A DNA stretch of 64,000 nt from an uncultured delta proteobacterium (lineage in GTDB: Bacteria; Desulfobacterota; Binatia; UBA9968): positions 192,001-256,000 of the forward strand of contig CAVUZH010000018.1 in assembly GCA_963745835.1 (NCBI GenBank), given 5' to 3'. The notes below the pieces were generated by a model. The model ran no database searches. It had not been told where the DNA came from and worked only from the letters and a program-made list of their open reading frames with translations. Each line of letters begins with the position of its first letter. Position 1 is the first letter of the stretch. Positions 11,114 to 19,768 of this stretch are shown here, one piece after another. A program made the translations under genes and the position numbers.

Positions 11114-11949
11114 TTGCCGGTTTTGAAGAAGCCGATCACGACCGGTACCTCTGAGGTGCCGCTGATAAACTCTTCATGGCTCCTGGTCTTGATGTAAAGC
11201 TGAGCTGATCCGCCGCCGTCTAGATTCAACAATTCCGTCGTCTCCAGTTGCCATTCCGGTCGGGAAAACAGTTCTTGCAGTTCGGCAAAACTCAACCCGC
11301 CAAGAACGGTATCGGTAACGCCGACGATAAGACGCTGCTGCTTGTCCATGCCGATTACCGCGCGCCGGCTGTATCGGCCCGCGCCCGGGATACTTGGCAC
11401 GGCCGCCCCCTGCTTCAATAGCAGCGGTCCGCTCTGAATCCCTTCCTGCGCATCGGTGAGTTGAAACTCGTCACGATGGACAATGAACGGCGTCGAATCC
11501 TGCACGCCAAAGACGCCGGTATAGAGAGCGTGTTTAGAAACGCTGCGATTGATCTCCTGGTTCGCCGTCTTCAGGAAGGCCAGAGGCTTGCCTTTCTCGT
11601 CGAAGTAGTTGGCGTTGATGGTGGCCACGGCCCCGCTTCGCTGGGCCAGCGTTTTCGCATCGGCGCTCTTTAGCTGAAATTGGGCACTGCTGATGATGCG
11701 CGCTAAAACCCGCTGACGGCCAAAGCGGACAAGGTTTAAATCAAACGAATAGCTCGGGTCAGAACGCTCGAGGGTCATTTTGCGGTGTTCAATGCCGGAG
11801 TCGAGAAGTTTCCAATCGCCGGGCTTGCGCACCGCCAGGGTGGAGCTCACCTTCGGTTTGGCTGCCGGCGCGGGTGCTTGTGCGGAAGTGAAAGTTGCAG
11901 CCAGCGTGAGCGACGAGAGCATCAGCAAGGAAAACGAGCGAAGCATCAC
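11110..11949 (-). CDS. Exported phosphodiester glycosidase (NAGPA-like) family protein
   Basis: Signal peptide; INANYFD, QSGPLL, RRAVIG and LNLDGGGS motifs. Confidence 0.85.
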   Translation of the reverse strand: MMLRSFSLLMLSSLTLAATFTSAQAPAPAAKPKVSSTLAVRKPGDWKLLDSGIEHRKMTLERSDPSYSFDLNLVRFGRQRVLARIISSAQFQLKSADAKTLAQRSGAVATINANYFDEKGKPLAFLKTANQEINRSVSKHALYTGVFGVQDSTPFIVHRDEFQLTDAQEGIQSGPLLLKQGAAVPSIPGAGRYSRRAVIGMDKQQRLIVGVTDTVLGGLSFAELQELFSRPEWQLETTELLNLDGGGSAQLYIKTRSHEEFISGTSEVPVVIGFFKTGN

Positions 11950-12069
11950 GTTCCGTCGAGTGTAGCAGAACCAATACGGTGAGGAAAGCGAAGAATATCG
12001 AGTTGCGGCTCGGCGAATTTTTCTGCTAAGTAACTCGACTATCCTAGCAACGAAAGAAGGACCAACAAT

Positions 12070-12288
12070 ATGCGAACGGCGTTAATCACCGGGATGGTGC
12101 TCGCCCTTGGAATCGGACTATCCGCTTGCGGCAAAGATGATAAGGACAGTGCAACGCGCGACGCAGAAATTAAGAAGGCGCTTCAGGAAGGATCGCAACG
12201 AGAGAAACAGATGTATGAAGGAATGCAGAAAGGTGTCGAAAATCTGGAGAAGCAGTCGTCACCGCAAAAGCAAGAGAAGACTCAATAA
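12070..12288 (+). CDS. Small lipoprotein, hypothetical
   Basis: RBS AAGGA; lipobox LSAC; charged helical tail. Confidence 0.75.
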   Translation: MRTALITGMVLALGIGLSACGKDDKDSATRDAEIKKALQEGSQREKQMYEGMQKGVENLEKQSSPQKQEKTQ

Positions 12289-12496
12289 CTAGGCTTGCTG
12301 ATCATTCGCCTTCGGTTTCTTGCGTTTTGCTGCGACGGGACATCCTTAAAATATCGTCAGTAAAACGTCGAAATGGAATGTCACCGAGCAGGTACGGAAG
12401 AGTCTCTGATTGCAATTGCAGGGAATATTTCAAAGGGCCAGCACGATTTGCATCAGTTGAGCGGAAACTTGCAACAAGATACGCTAACGGGCTGGA

Positions 12497-13612
12497 ATGA
12501 ACGCCCTCCGATACTCTCTGATCATCTCCGTCTCAGCACATGCATTTCTCTTAATCTGGCTAACCTTCACAGTCCCTCCAAGGAACAACCGAGTTTCGCA
12601 CCTAGAGGTCGCGCTGATGTCGCCGCCGCCAAGCCTCTCAAAAAGCGAGGGCAGTTCCCCGGTGCAAACTCGACAGCTGGTCAACAGGAATCAACCTGCA
12701 GTCAGCAGACGGCCGCTTACCTCCCGTAACACGGGGGCACCGCCAGAAAGTCTCGAAAATTTAGCGCAGTCTGCTGAGCCTCTAGCTGTGGACGGCGGCA
12801 CCGCCCCATTCAGTGCGTCGGACGCCTCCGCCCTAGGTGATCAAGCGGGCGATATCGCTATAGGCTCTGGAAGCGCGGTTTCGGTGCCAGAAGACGGGAT
12901 CGCAGGCACAAAAGGAGCAACTTCGAGACGAGACGGATCATCCCGCGAGAGCGCCAGCGCACCAGCCGGATCATCCAGGAAAAGCTCCACGCCGTCGGAT
13001 ATCGACTCGGCTTCTGGCGCAGTGATCCCCGGCTACGTCATCGATGCTGCTGGTTATCGGCCTCCGGATGCTGGAGCCATATATCCAGAAGTCGATAAAT
13101 ACGTGCTCTACAGCGCTGACAAGCGGACCGCCATTAACGTACTTGGTACGGAAGTTTGTACTGAGGGCGAGTTTCTACGCAGCAAAGAAGCCGCGATGAT
13201 TTCCGAAATCAAAACCGACTATTCCAAATGCCGTTATCTGGATTTCGGAGATGAGTCAGTGTCAGTAACGTGCCCCCCCGAAGCACAGACCAAGATCATT
13301 CACCATAATTCGTATTTATCCTCGCCTCTCGTCTACAGTGTTCGTACTTGCCTCGAATACGACACGTCAAATTGTTACCTGACAACTGATCAGGAAACTG
13401 AACGAGAAATGTGCCGCATAGATTTCGAATATGAAGGTCTCTGGGGCGAAGGCACTAAATTCTTTTATCGATGTTCTAAGTCAGAATCGCGGAGCTATCG
13501 ACAGCCTCTGGAATACAACATTCGATGGTTTATGGAAGTCTATATAGAGGAGCGCGGTTTGAGGCGACGTGAAGTTCTTCGGGAAACCAGAGCGGTTCCT
13601 AGATGTGCGTAG
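12497..13612 (+). CDS. Membrane-anchored hypothetical protein: TonB-like N-terminal anchor, S/P/A/G-rich linker, Cys-rich C-terminal domain
   Basis: SLIISVSAHAFLLIWL (TonB-type S..H TM helix), low-complexity linker, 8 Cys in the last ~150 aa. Confidence 0.65.
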   Translation: MNALRYSLIISVSAHAFLLIWLTFTVPPRNNRVSHLEVALMSPPPSLSKSEGSSPVQTRQLVNRNQPAVSRRPLTSRNTGAPPESLENLAQSAEPLAVDGGTAPFSASDASALGDQAGDIAIGSGSAVSVPEDGIAGTKGATSRRDGSSRESASAPAGSSRKSSTPSDIDSASGAVIPGYVIDAAGYRPPDAGAIYPEVDKYVLYSADKRTAINVLGTEVCTEGEFLRSKEAAMISEIKTDYSKCRYLDFGDESVSVTCPPEAQTKIIHHNSYLSSPLVYSVRTCLEYDTSNCYLTTDQETEREMCRIDFEYEGLWGEGTKFFYRCSKSESRSYRQPLEYNIRWFMEVYIEERGLRRREVLRETRAVPRCA

Positions 13613-13818
13613 GTCCCTAAGTAGAACGTTAATGAAAGGATTTATGATAAGCGCCAGAAGCAGGGTGCCATCGACCCAAATTAGGAACGATTGCGACCGT
13701 TGGCTAAATTCCAAACCCACAGCCACCTGCTTAAACATCAGTTTAGTGGGCAACAATTGTGCGCGGGCAGTTTGAGGAGGATTAGGATGTTGGCAGGGGT
13801 TAAAACCTTGGCTCTTCG

Positions 13819-14712
13819 ATGATGACCACGGACCTGCAAACCGGCATGGCCTATGCTTTGTTGGCCGGTACCCTCTGGGGCATGGGTCCGCTCGCGCTCA
13901 AGCGCGCCTTGAAGCACACCAGTGTAGGAACGGCGACCTTGACCGAGCAATATCTATCGGTCTTGCTTCTTGGAGTGCTGGCGGCGTATCACGGCGAACT
14001 CGCTTATCTGGACTTTACCAGCCGCGCTTTCTGGGCGTTTTTTCTTGCCGGCGCCATCGGCGCCAGCTTCGGCAAGATTTTCTATTATAAGGGAATCGAT
14101 CGAGTCGGCGCGTCGAAAGCAACATCGGTGAAGAACAGTTCACCGATTCTGACGACCTTTCTTGCAGTCATTTTCCTTGGCGAAGAGATGTCCTGGTTGA
14201 TCCTGGCAGGAGTCCTGTTAATCGTCGCCGGCATCGCCGCTCTTACTCGCACCGAGAAAACCTCGACGGGAGGCCCCAATCGTCTCGAATATTTTTTGTT
14301 TCCGCTTCTCGCGGCGATTTGTTTCGGCATCAACCCAATATTCAAGAAGATCGGCATCAACGCGGTGAGCCTGCCGATACTCGGCGCTTTCATTACCCAA
14401 GCCACGGCATTGCTGGTGATGCTCACCCTCGGTCGGTTTTTTTCGGTCAAAGCAAAATGGGAGCCCATGCCGTTGAAGGCACTGGGGTTGGTGACCATTT
14501 CGAGCCTGACTGAAGCTCTCGGATCATTGTTCACGTTTTTCGCATTGATTCACGCGCCGGCGGTACTGGTTTCGCCGATGTGGCGCATCTCTCCGTTAGT
14601 CACGTTCGCGCTGGTGCGCTTTACCTTAAGAGGCATTGAAGTGGTGACATTACGCGACGGCCTGGCGGCGGGGCTCATTGTTGGTGGAGTCTTCGTTTTA
14701 ACTCGCGGCTAA
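13819..14712 (+). CDS. EamA/DMT family transporter
   Basis: About 10 TM helices in two repeats; FYYKGIDRVGASKAT, AVIFLGEE. Confidence 0.9.
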   Translation: MMTTDLQTGMAYALLAGTLWGMGPLALKRALKHTSVGTATLTEQYLSVLLLGVLAAYHGELAYLDFTSRAFWAFFLAGAIGASFGKIFYYKGIDRVGASKATSVKNSSPILTTFLAVIFLGEEMSWLILAGVLLIVAGIAALTRTEKTSTGGPNRLEYFLFPLLAAICFGINPIFKKIGINAVSLPILGAFITQATALLVMLTLGRFFSVKAKWEPMPLKALGLVTISSLTEALGSLFTFFALIHAPAVLVSPMWRISPLVTFALVRFTLRGIEVVTLRDGLAAGLIVGGVFVLTRG

Positions 14713-14723
14713 CGCCGCGAGTA

Positions 14724-14873
14724 GTTCCAACCGTTCCAACTGTTCCAAACGTTCCAGCAGTTAAATACCAGGAGTACGGATCTTTGATTCACTCCGAAAA
14801 CGATTGGAACCATTGGAACATCTGGAACTGTTGGAACATCTTAGATCGGTGGAACCATTGGAACTGTTGGAAC
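14724..14873. repeat. Inverted array of ~9-bp tandem repeats (GTTCCAAnn / nnTTGGAAC) between convergent genes
   Basis: GTTCCAACC GTTCCAACT GTTCCAAAC GTTCCAG, spacer, then multiple TTGGAAC/TGGAAC units. Confidence 0.85.
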
Positions 14874-14877
14874 GACG

Positions 14878-15195
14878 TCAGGAGTTCGGAGTTATCTCAA
14901 AAACCACTCGCTCCATGAGTGGCGGCGAATCTCGCAGCGAAAGAATCTCGCGGCGCAGTTTGTCGTCGGTGACTTGCCTGGCGGTGCAGGAAAGTTTTTT
15001 ACCCTTGACGTTTAGTTCTACCGCCGGGGTCTTGAGCATGTTCTGGCACCAGTGCTTGCCCTTTACTTTGCTCGAGGACGCGTAATAGCTGCCGTTGTGA
15101 TAAACCAAGCGTAATTCTACGGTCCTTGGCTGGCCGGTTTTTCGTCCGATTGTTGTCAGATCCGCTATCAAAGTCGATCCATTCTTGAAATCCAT
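14878..15195 (-). CDS. Nitroreductase-family deazaflavin (F420)-dependent oxidoreductase (Ddn-like)
   Basis: LTTIGRKTGQPRTVEL and HWCQNMLKTPAVEL match the Ddn/FDOR-A pattern; start MDFKNG at 15195. Confidence 0.8.
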   Translation of the reverse strand: MDFKNGSTLIADLTTIGRKTGQPRTVELRLVYHNGSYYASSSKVKGKHWCQNMLKTPAVELNVKGKKLSCTARQVTDDKLRREILSLRDSPPLMERVVFEITPNS

Positions 15196-15324
15196 TGTCG
15201 AAAATATAAGCGGCTGCGAGTGACGGAGCAAGCGCAGCGTGCCGCATCTTGACGCTGTCACTGCTGCGAGGCTAAGCTTTCAGCATTTATTCAGTTCCAA
15301 TTAATTCAACACTTGGGAGGTATC

Positions 15325-16149
15325 ATGGCACGGCAACAAGCAACGGGAATTTCACCAATGACGATCCGCTTCGGCAAGAGTGTCGGCGCTGTACGGGCGC
15401 TGCCGAAGGCCAAGGGTAAACGGCCTGGAGTGATCATTCTCCATGAACGCTACGGCATCGATCAACACACCAAAGACTTAACCGTGAAACTTGCTCAAGC
15501 CGGTTTCGTCGGCTTGGCCCCCGATCTCTTCCATCGCTTTGACGGCGACCGAAAGGCTCTTCTTCGCGGCGAGCAAAGAGTCGACCTTACGGACGATGGC
15601 GCTCTGGAGGACTTGAACGGGGCGGTGGAATACCTCAAGCGCTCGCCCAATGTCGATGCAGCGCGCATCGGCATCATCGGCGTATGCCAGACCGGCCGCC
15701 AGCCGCTCCTTGTTGCGGCAAAGCGCAGTGACATCGCCGCTGCGGTGGTTCTTTATGGCGCGATCGGCGGTAAGGAATGGCTCTCCAATGAACTGAGACC
15801 GACAGCGGTGGAAGATCTGCTGGCGCAGGTCAATTGCCCGATGTTGGGTATCTTCGGCGAGGCCGATCACATCATTTCGGTCGAGGATGTGACTAGATTT
15901 CGCAATGCTCTGGAGAAAGCGAAGAAGGATTATCATATCCGGATTTACCGAGACGCTCCGCACGGTTGGTTAAACGACACGATGCCTGGACGTTACCGCA
16001 AAGAGCCGGCCAAAGACGCTTGGAATCTCATGATGTCATTCTTGAAAAAATGCTTCGCGAACGGTTGGGATCCAGACCGAATTTCATGGACTTTTGAAAG
16101 CGACTTTTCAAAGCAGTACGATTTCACCAAGAACGTCCGAATGGAATGA
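15325..16149 (+). CDS. Dienelactone hydrolase family protein
   Basis: GVIILHERYG, LAPDLF, GVCQTG (Cys nucleophile), YRDAPHGW; RBS GGAGG. Confidence 0.9.
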   Translation: MARQQATGISPMTIRFGKSVGAVRALPKAKGKRPGVIILHERYGIDQHTKDLTVKLAQAGFVGLAPDLFHRFDGDRKALLRGEQRVDLTDDGALEDLNGAVEYLKRSPNVDAARIGIIGVCQTGRQPLLVAAKRSDIAAAVVLYGAIGGKEWLSNELRPTAVEDLLAQVNCPMLGIFGEADHIISVEDVTRFRNALEKAKKDYHIRIYRDAPHGWLNDTMPGRYRKEPAKDAWNLMMSFLKKCFANGWDPDRISWTFESDFSKQYDFTKNVRME

Positions 16150-16817
16150 AGCAAAAGATGATGCGATCAGGACAAACCATTAAAACTTGTCGCGCGAGCG
16201 AGCAGCGGGAAGATACAAGAACTATCCGTTCCGGGGAGAAGCTGCCGCGCTCATTTTATGAACAACCGACATTGGATGTCGCCAAACAGTTGTTGGGCAA
16301 GTATCTCGTGCGCAAGCATCCGCAGGGAGTGACTGTCGGCCGGATCGTTGAAACCGAAGCCTACGTTGGACCGCACGATCTCGCCTGCCATGCATCGCAT
16401 GGTCGAACGCCGCGCACCGAAGTCATGTTTGGATTGGCCGGGCACGCCTATGTTTATTTTGTTTACGGCGTTCACTACATGCTCAATTTGGTCACCGAGG
16501 CGTTCAATCACCCCGCGGCAGTTTTGATCCGCGCCTTGGAACCTATCGATGGAATCGAATTGATGGAGACTCGACGAGGGACCGAGAAGCGCCGCAACTT
16601 ATGTAGCGGGCCGGGCAAGCTCTGCCAGGCCTTTGCTATCGACCGATCATTGAACGCTGCCGACCTTTGCGGCGATATCATTCATATCGAAGATAGCGGC
16701 GAGCCGATACCGAAGTTTTTGGCGAGACCCCGGATCGGGGTCGAATATGCCGGCAAATGGAAAGATAAACCGTTTCGTTTCTTAGTTCGCGGCAATGAAT
16801 TCATTTCTCGCCCGTGA
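16146..16817 (+). CDS. mpg: DNA-3-methyladenine glycosylase (Mpg/AAG family)
   Basis: GRIVETEAY, GHAYVYFVYGVHYMLN, AVLIRALEP, CSGPGKLCQA, PRIGV. Confidence 0.95.
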   Translation: MKQKMMRSGQTIKTCRASEQREDTRTIRSGEKLPRSFYEQPTLDVAKQLLGKYLVRKHPQGVTVGRIVETEAYVGPHDLACHASHGRTPRTEVMFGLAGHAYVYFVYGVHYMLNLVTEAFNHPAAVLIRALEPIDGIELMETRRGTEKRRNLCSGPGKLCQAFAIDRSLNAADLCGDIIHIEDSGEPIPKFLARPRIGVEYAGKWKDKPFRFLVRGNEFISRP

Positions 16818-16861
16818 TACTCACAGGAGCAAATCACGTTTAATTTTTGTCTCGTTAACCA

Positions 16862-17356
16862 GTGAATGAGCCAGTATCAAACCTGATGTCAGGCCGGCAA
16901 TATACGATTTCTATCAACCTGGCGCCAGAGCGTTTGCTCTACGCCGGTCCGCTCATCCCCGGCGCCTGGAGGCGTACGCGAGACGAAGAAGAGGTCGGCT
17001 CGGTAGGTGGAGAGATATTGATAGACACTGGCGCGTTCGGCGCGATGATCGATGATGATGTCGCCGATCATTTGCGCCTGCCGATACGCGGCACAAAGGA
17101 AATTCATGGAATTCACGGCTACGGCACAGTTCGCTGCTATCAAGCAAAACTTGTGCTTCCGGCACAGGATCCGATCGGAGAAGACTGTGAATTCACAACA
17201 ATTATTGAATGCATAGGCGTGCCTTCCTTGGCAGAGAAGAACCGAGAGCACGGCGTCAACGTTATCGGGATCATTGGCAGGCAGTTTTTGCAAAATGTCC
17301 ATCTGGAGATCGACGGCGCAACCGGCAGACTCAAGCTACTCATCAGTGATCGATAA
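16862..17356 (+). CDS. Clan AA (retropepsin-like) aspartyl protease
   Basis: ILIDTGA catalytic motif, flap-like IHGIHG, C-terminal GIIGRQFL. Confidence 0.8.
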   Translation: MNEPVSNLMSGRQYTISINLAPERLLYAGPLIPGAWRRTRDEEEVGSVGGEILIDTGAFGAMIDDDVADHLRLPIRGTKEIHGIHGYGTVRCYQAKLVLPAQDPIGEDCEFTTIIECIGVPSLAEKNREHGVNVIGIIGRQFLQNVHLEIDGATGRLKLLISDR

Positions 17357-17369
17357 GTAGATAATCCAC

Positions 17370-18128
17370 ATGGCAGAACGACAACAAGACGAAGTTGAAA
17401 AGCTGATTGCGGATAAGCTGCGTGATGCCGGAATTAAATTTGTCACGCAGCAGGCGATCGCGGGATTGGCGCCGGATTTCATCGTTTATGCTCCCGATGG
17501 CCGGCAGTTTATTGTTGAAGCTAAAAACTGGGACTTTCCAGGACTTAAAGCCGAGGCAAGCCGGCAAGCACAGCATTACCAGGATGCGGCGAAATCTGAC
17601 GGCGCCTTCATCGTGATTCCCTCGTTGAAGCGAGGCTCGCCCGACAAGGGCGTAGTAACCGTCGACGGCCTGGTGCCGGCGCTCAAGGCAGAGTTCGAAA
17701 ACAGCAAGGCACGCACGCACCCTACCGAAGCAACCAAGGTCAGCCGGATCGTTTTTGCGGCGATGCCGTTTGCGCCTCAGTATGAGGATGTATTTTTTAT
17801 CGCTATGCGCCAGGCCGCCGAGCAGGTGAGAGCAGTGTGCGAACGAGTCGATCGGCGCGAATTTCAAGGCAGCGTCGTCGATGAAATTCAGCGGCTGATT
17901 CGTCAATCGGTAGCGGTGATTGTCGATCTTTCCGAGGCCAAGCCGAACGTCCTCTATGAAGCCGGCTATGCTCATGCATTGAACAAGCCGTGCATCCATA
18001 TCTGTTCAACCTCGACCGAAAAACTCCCTTTCGATGTCAGCCACTGGAAGACGACGATGTATCATCCGGGCCAGACGCACAAATTGGCCAAAGAGCTGGC
18101 GCAGCGGCTCAAGGCGGTGCTCGATTGA
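17370..18128 (+). CDS. Fusion of a PD-(D/E)xK restriction-endonuclease-like domain and a nucleoside 2-deoxyribosyltransferase/TIR-like domain
   Basis: N-term APDFIV..FIVEAK; C-term VFAAMPF, VIVDLSEAKPNVLYEAGYAHALNKP, LPFDV. Confidence 0.75.
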   Translation: MAERQQDEVEKLIADKLRDAGIKFVTQQAIAGLAPDFIVYAPDGRQFIVEAKNWDFPGLKAEASRQAQHYQDAAKSDGAFIVIPSLKRGSPDKGVVTVDGLVPALKAEFENSKARTHPTEATKVSRIVFAAMPFAPQYEDVFFIAMRQAAEQVRAVCERVDRREFQGSVVDEIQRLIRQSVAVIVDLSEAKPNVLYEAGYAHALNKPCIHICSTSTEKLPFDVSHWKTTMYHPGQTHKLAKELAQRLKAVLD

Positions 18129-18277
18129 TTGGAACGTAATTAAGAAAACATGACGCAGTGACAATTGTGTTCATGGTGCGGCGGGCACGGCGGCACTTGT
18201 TTGCCAGGGAGACCTGGGGGCGAAGCTCAAGCGGCGAGATTATCCTGAAGAGGCGATCGGCAAAATCCTGCGCGGCA
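17926..18277 (+). repeat. ~350-bp direct repeat, copy 1 (3' end of the REase-NDT gene plus downstream DNA)
   Basis: Aligns with 19265-19620; 13 differences in the ~200-bp coding part. Confidence 0.92.
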
Positions 18278-18340
18278 ACTTACAACGGATCCTGCGTTAG
18301 GTATTGCCATAGTGATTTGCTTATGCCCGATTATAGGAGT
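18184..18340 (+). pseudogene. Remnant of a membrane-dipeptidase-like (M19) gene 3' end, copy 1
   Basis: Translates LKRRDYPEEAIGKILRGNLQRILR*VLP*; homologous to 19520-19625 and 21881-22050. Confidence 0.6.
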
Positions 18341-18514
18341 ACCGATTTCGATTTACGAGACCGAACAACCAAAGGTACCGACCTGACGGTGACGCTTGCG
18401 CTCAGCACATCGCCGTAGTGACTCGCCCATTCGCTGCGCCTTCAATTCACGGGGCAATCAGTAAGCTTCGCGCATGATTGGCCGAATCTTGAACAGCCAC
18501 ACAGCACTGATGTG

Positions 18515-18544
18515 TTGAGTTTATGACCTAAAAATGGTTATGAT
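18515..18544 (+). promoter_or_regulatory. Sigma70-type promoter of the TA operon, probably leaderless
   Basis: TTGAGT-18 bp-TATGAT ending 6 nt before ATG 18551; no SD; imperfect ATGACC..GGTTAT inverted repeat in the spacer. Confidence 0.55.
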
Positions 18545-18550
18545 CTAGTC

Positions 18551-18802
18551 ATGAATATAGTTAATGTGGCCATCCTGAAAGAAAAGCTGAGTTACTACCT
18601 TAACTTGGTCAAGTCGGGCGAAGAAGTCGTTGTGACCTCTCACCGGCACCAGGTCGCGCGTATTCTCCCTGTGACCACTCCTTCGGCTGAAATCATAGAA
18701 CCTACTCGTCCGGTCAAAGACTTACGAAAAGTAAAAGGTGTCAAGCTTCGTCGAACGGTCTCCGGCGTGAAATCACTTGTGGACGACCGTCGGCGCCGAT
18801 GA
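18551..18802 (+). CDS. Phd/YefM family antitoxin
   Basis: VNVAILKEKLSYYLNLVKSGEEVVVTSHRHQVARILP; ATGA overlap with the toxin gene. Confidence 0.92.
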   Translation: MNIVNVAILKEKLSYYLNLVKSGEEVVVTSHRHQVARILPVTTPSAEIIEPTRPVKDLRKVKGVKLRRTVSGVKSLVDDRRRR

Positions 18803-19218
18803 TTGTATATGTCGACACTTCCGTTGTCTTGCGCGTTCTCTTACACGAGTCAAACCCGGTCGGGATTTGGGGCCAATGGAACAAAGCCTATAGTAGTGCG
18901 TTGTGGCGTGTTGAGGCGTTGAGAACTGTGGACCGGCTCCGGTTAACTCACGAAATCTCCGATACCGAAGTCGCGGAGCTGGTGCGCGATATACAAATTA
19001 CCCATGAAACCTTCGCCATCCACCCCATCACGAACCAGGTTCTTCAGCGAGCAAGTGAAACCTTTCCGACGGTGGTTGGAACCTTGGACGCTATGCATCT
19101 CGCCACGGCGCTGTCGATACGCGAAGTCGAAAGCTTGGATTTATTGTTGACCCACGATTCTCAGCTCTCCACCGCCGCCAGAAGTCTCGGGTTCGAGGTT
19201 ATGGGAATCGATCAGTAA
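18799..19218 (+). CDS. vapC: PIN-domain (VapC-like) toxin
   Basis: VYVDTSV, TLDAMHLATA, LTHDSQLSTAARSLG. Confidence 0.92.
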   Translation: MIVYVDTSVVLRVLLHESNPVGIWGQWNKAYSSALWRVEALRTVDRLRLTHEISDTEVAELVRDIQITHETFAIHPITNQVLQRASETFPTVVGTLDAMHLATALSIREVESLDLLLTHDSQLSTAARSLGFEVMGIDQ

Positions 19219-19264
19219 TAAGGAGAACAAAATCGCACCCAGCCCTGAGATCATATCAAATGGC

Positions 19265-19620
19265 ATCTTTCCCAGGCCAAGCCGAATGTCCTCTATGAAG
19301 CCGGCTATGCTCATGCATTGAACAAGCCATGCATCCATATCTGTTCAACCTCGACCGAGAAACTTCCTTTCGATGTCAGCCATTGGAAAACGACAATGTA
19401 TCATCTGGGGCAGACACACAACTTAGCCAAAGAGCTGGCGCAGCGGCTCAAGGCGGTGCTCGATTGATTTGGAACGTAGCTGAGAAACGCGATTGGAGCG
19501 ATGATTGTGTTTGCCGGCGCTCTGGCATCGGCGCCAACTTGCGCGCTGGAGAAAATCTGGCGGCGCAGCTCAAGCAAAGAAATTATCCTGAAGCAGCCAT
19601 CGGCCTAATCCTCGGTGGCA
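19265..19620 (+). repeat. ~350-bp direct repeat, copy 2 (orphan 3' end of the REase-NDT gene plus dipeptidase remnant copy 2)
   Basis: Aligns with 17926-18277; no start codon or 5' part of the gene. Confidence 0.92.
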
Positions 19621-19768
19621 CCCATTTGAAATTTAGCATTTGCACCAAGCCAACGTGCAAACCTGCAACGACTCCGCGCCACTGAAAGAAATTTTGCATT
19701 TTCTCAGATGTCCAGGTAAAAGAACCTCGGCACATTCTAGTAAACCAACCGTCCTACTGGAGGTAGCT

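Noticed and set aside
14724-14873. CRISPR array
   Set aside because: Units are ~9-bp tandem repeats in inverted arrangement with no unique spacers and no cas genes.
14804-15085. ORF MEPLEHLELLEHL...
   Set aside because: It is a translation of the 9-bp repeat and lies antisense to the Ddn-like gene.
17926-19467. Diversity-generating retroelement TR/VR pair
   Set aside because: Mismatches are not confined to adenines, are mostly synonymous, and no reverse transcriptase is in the window.
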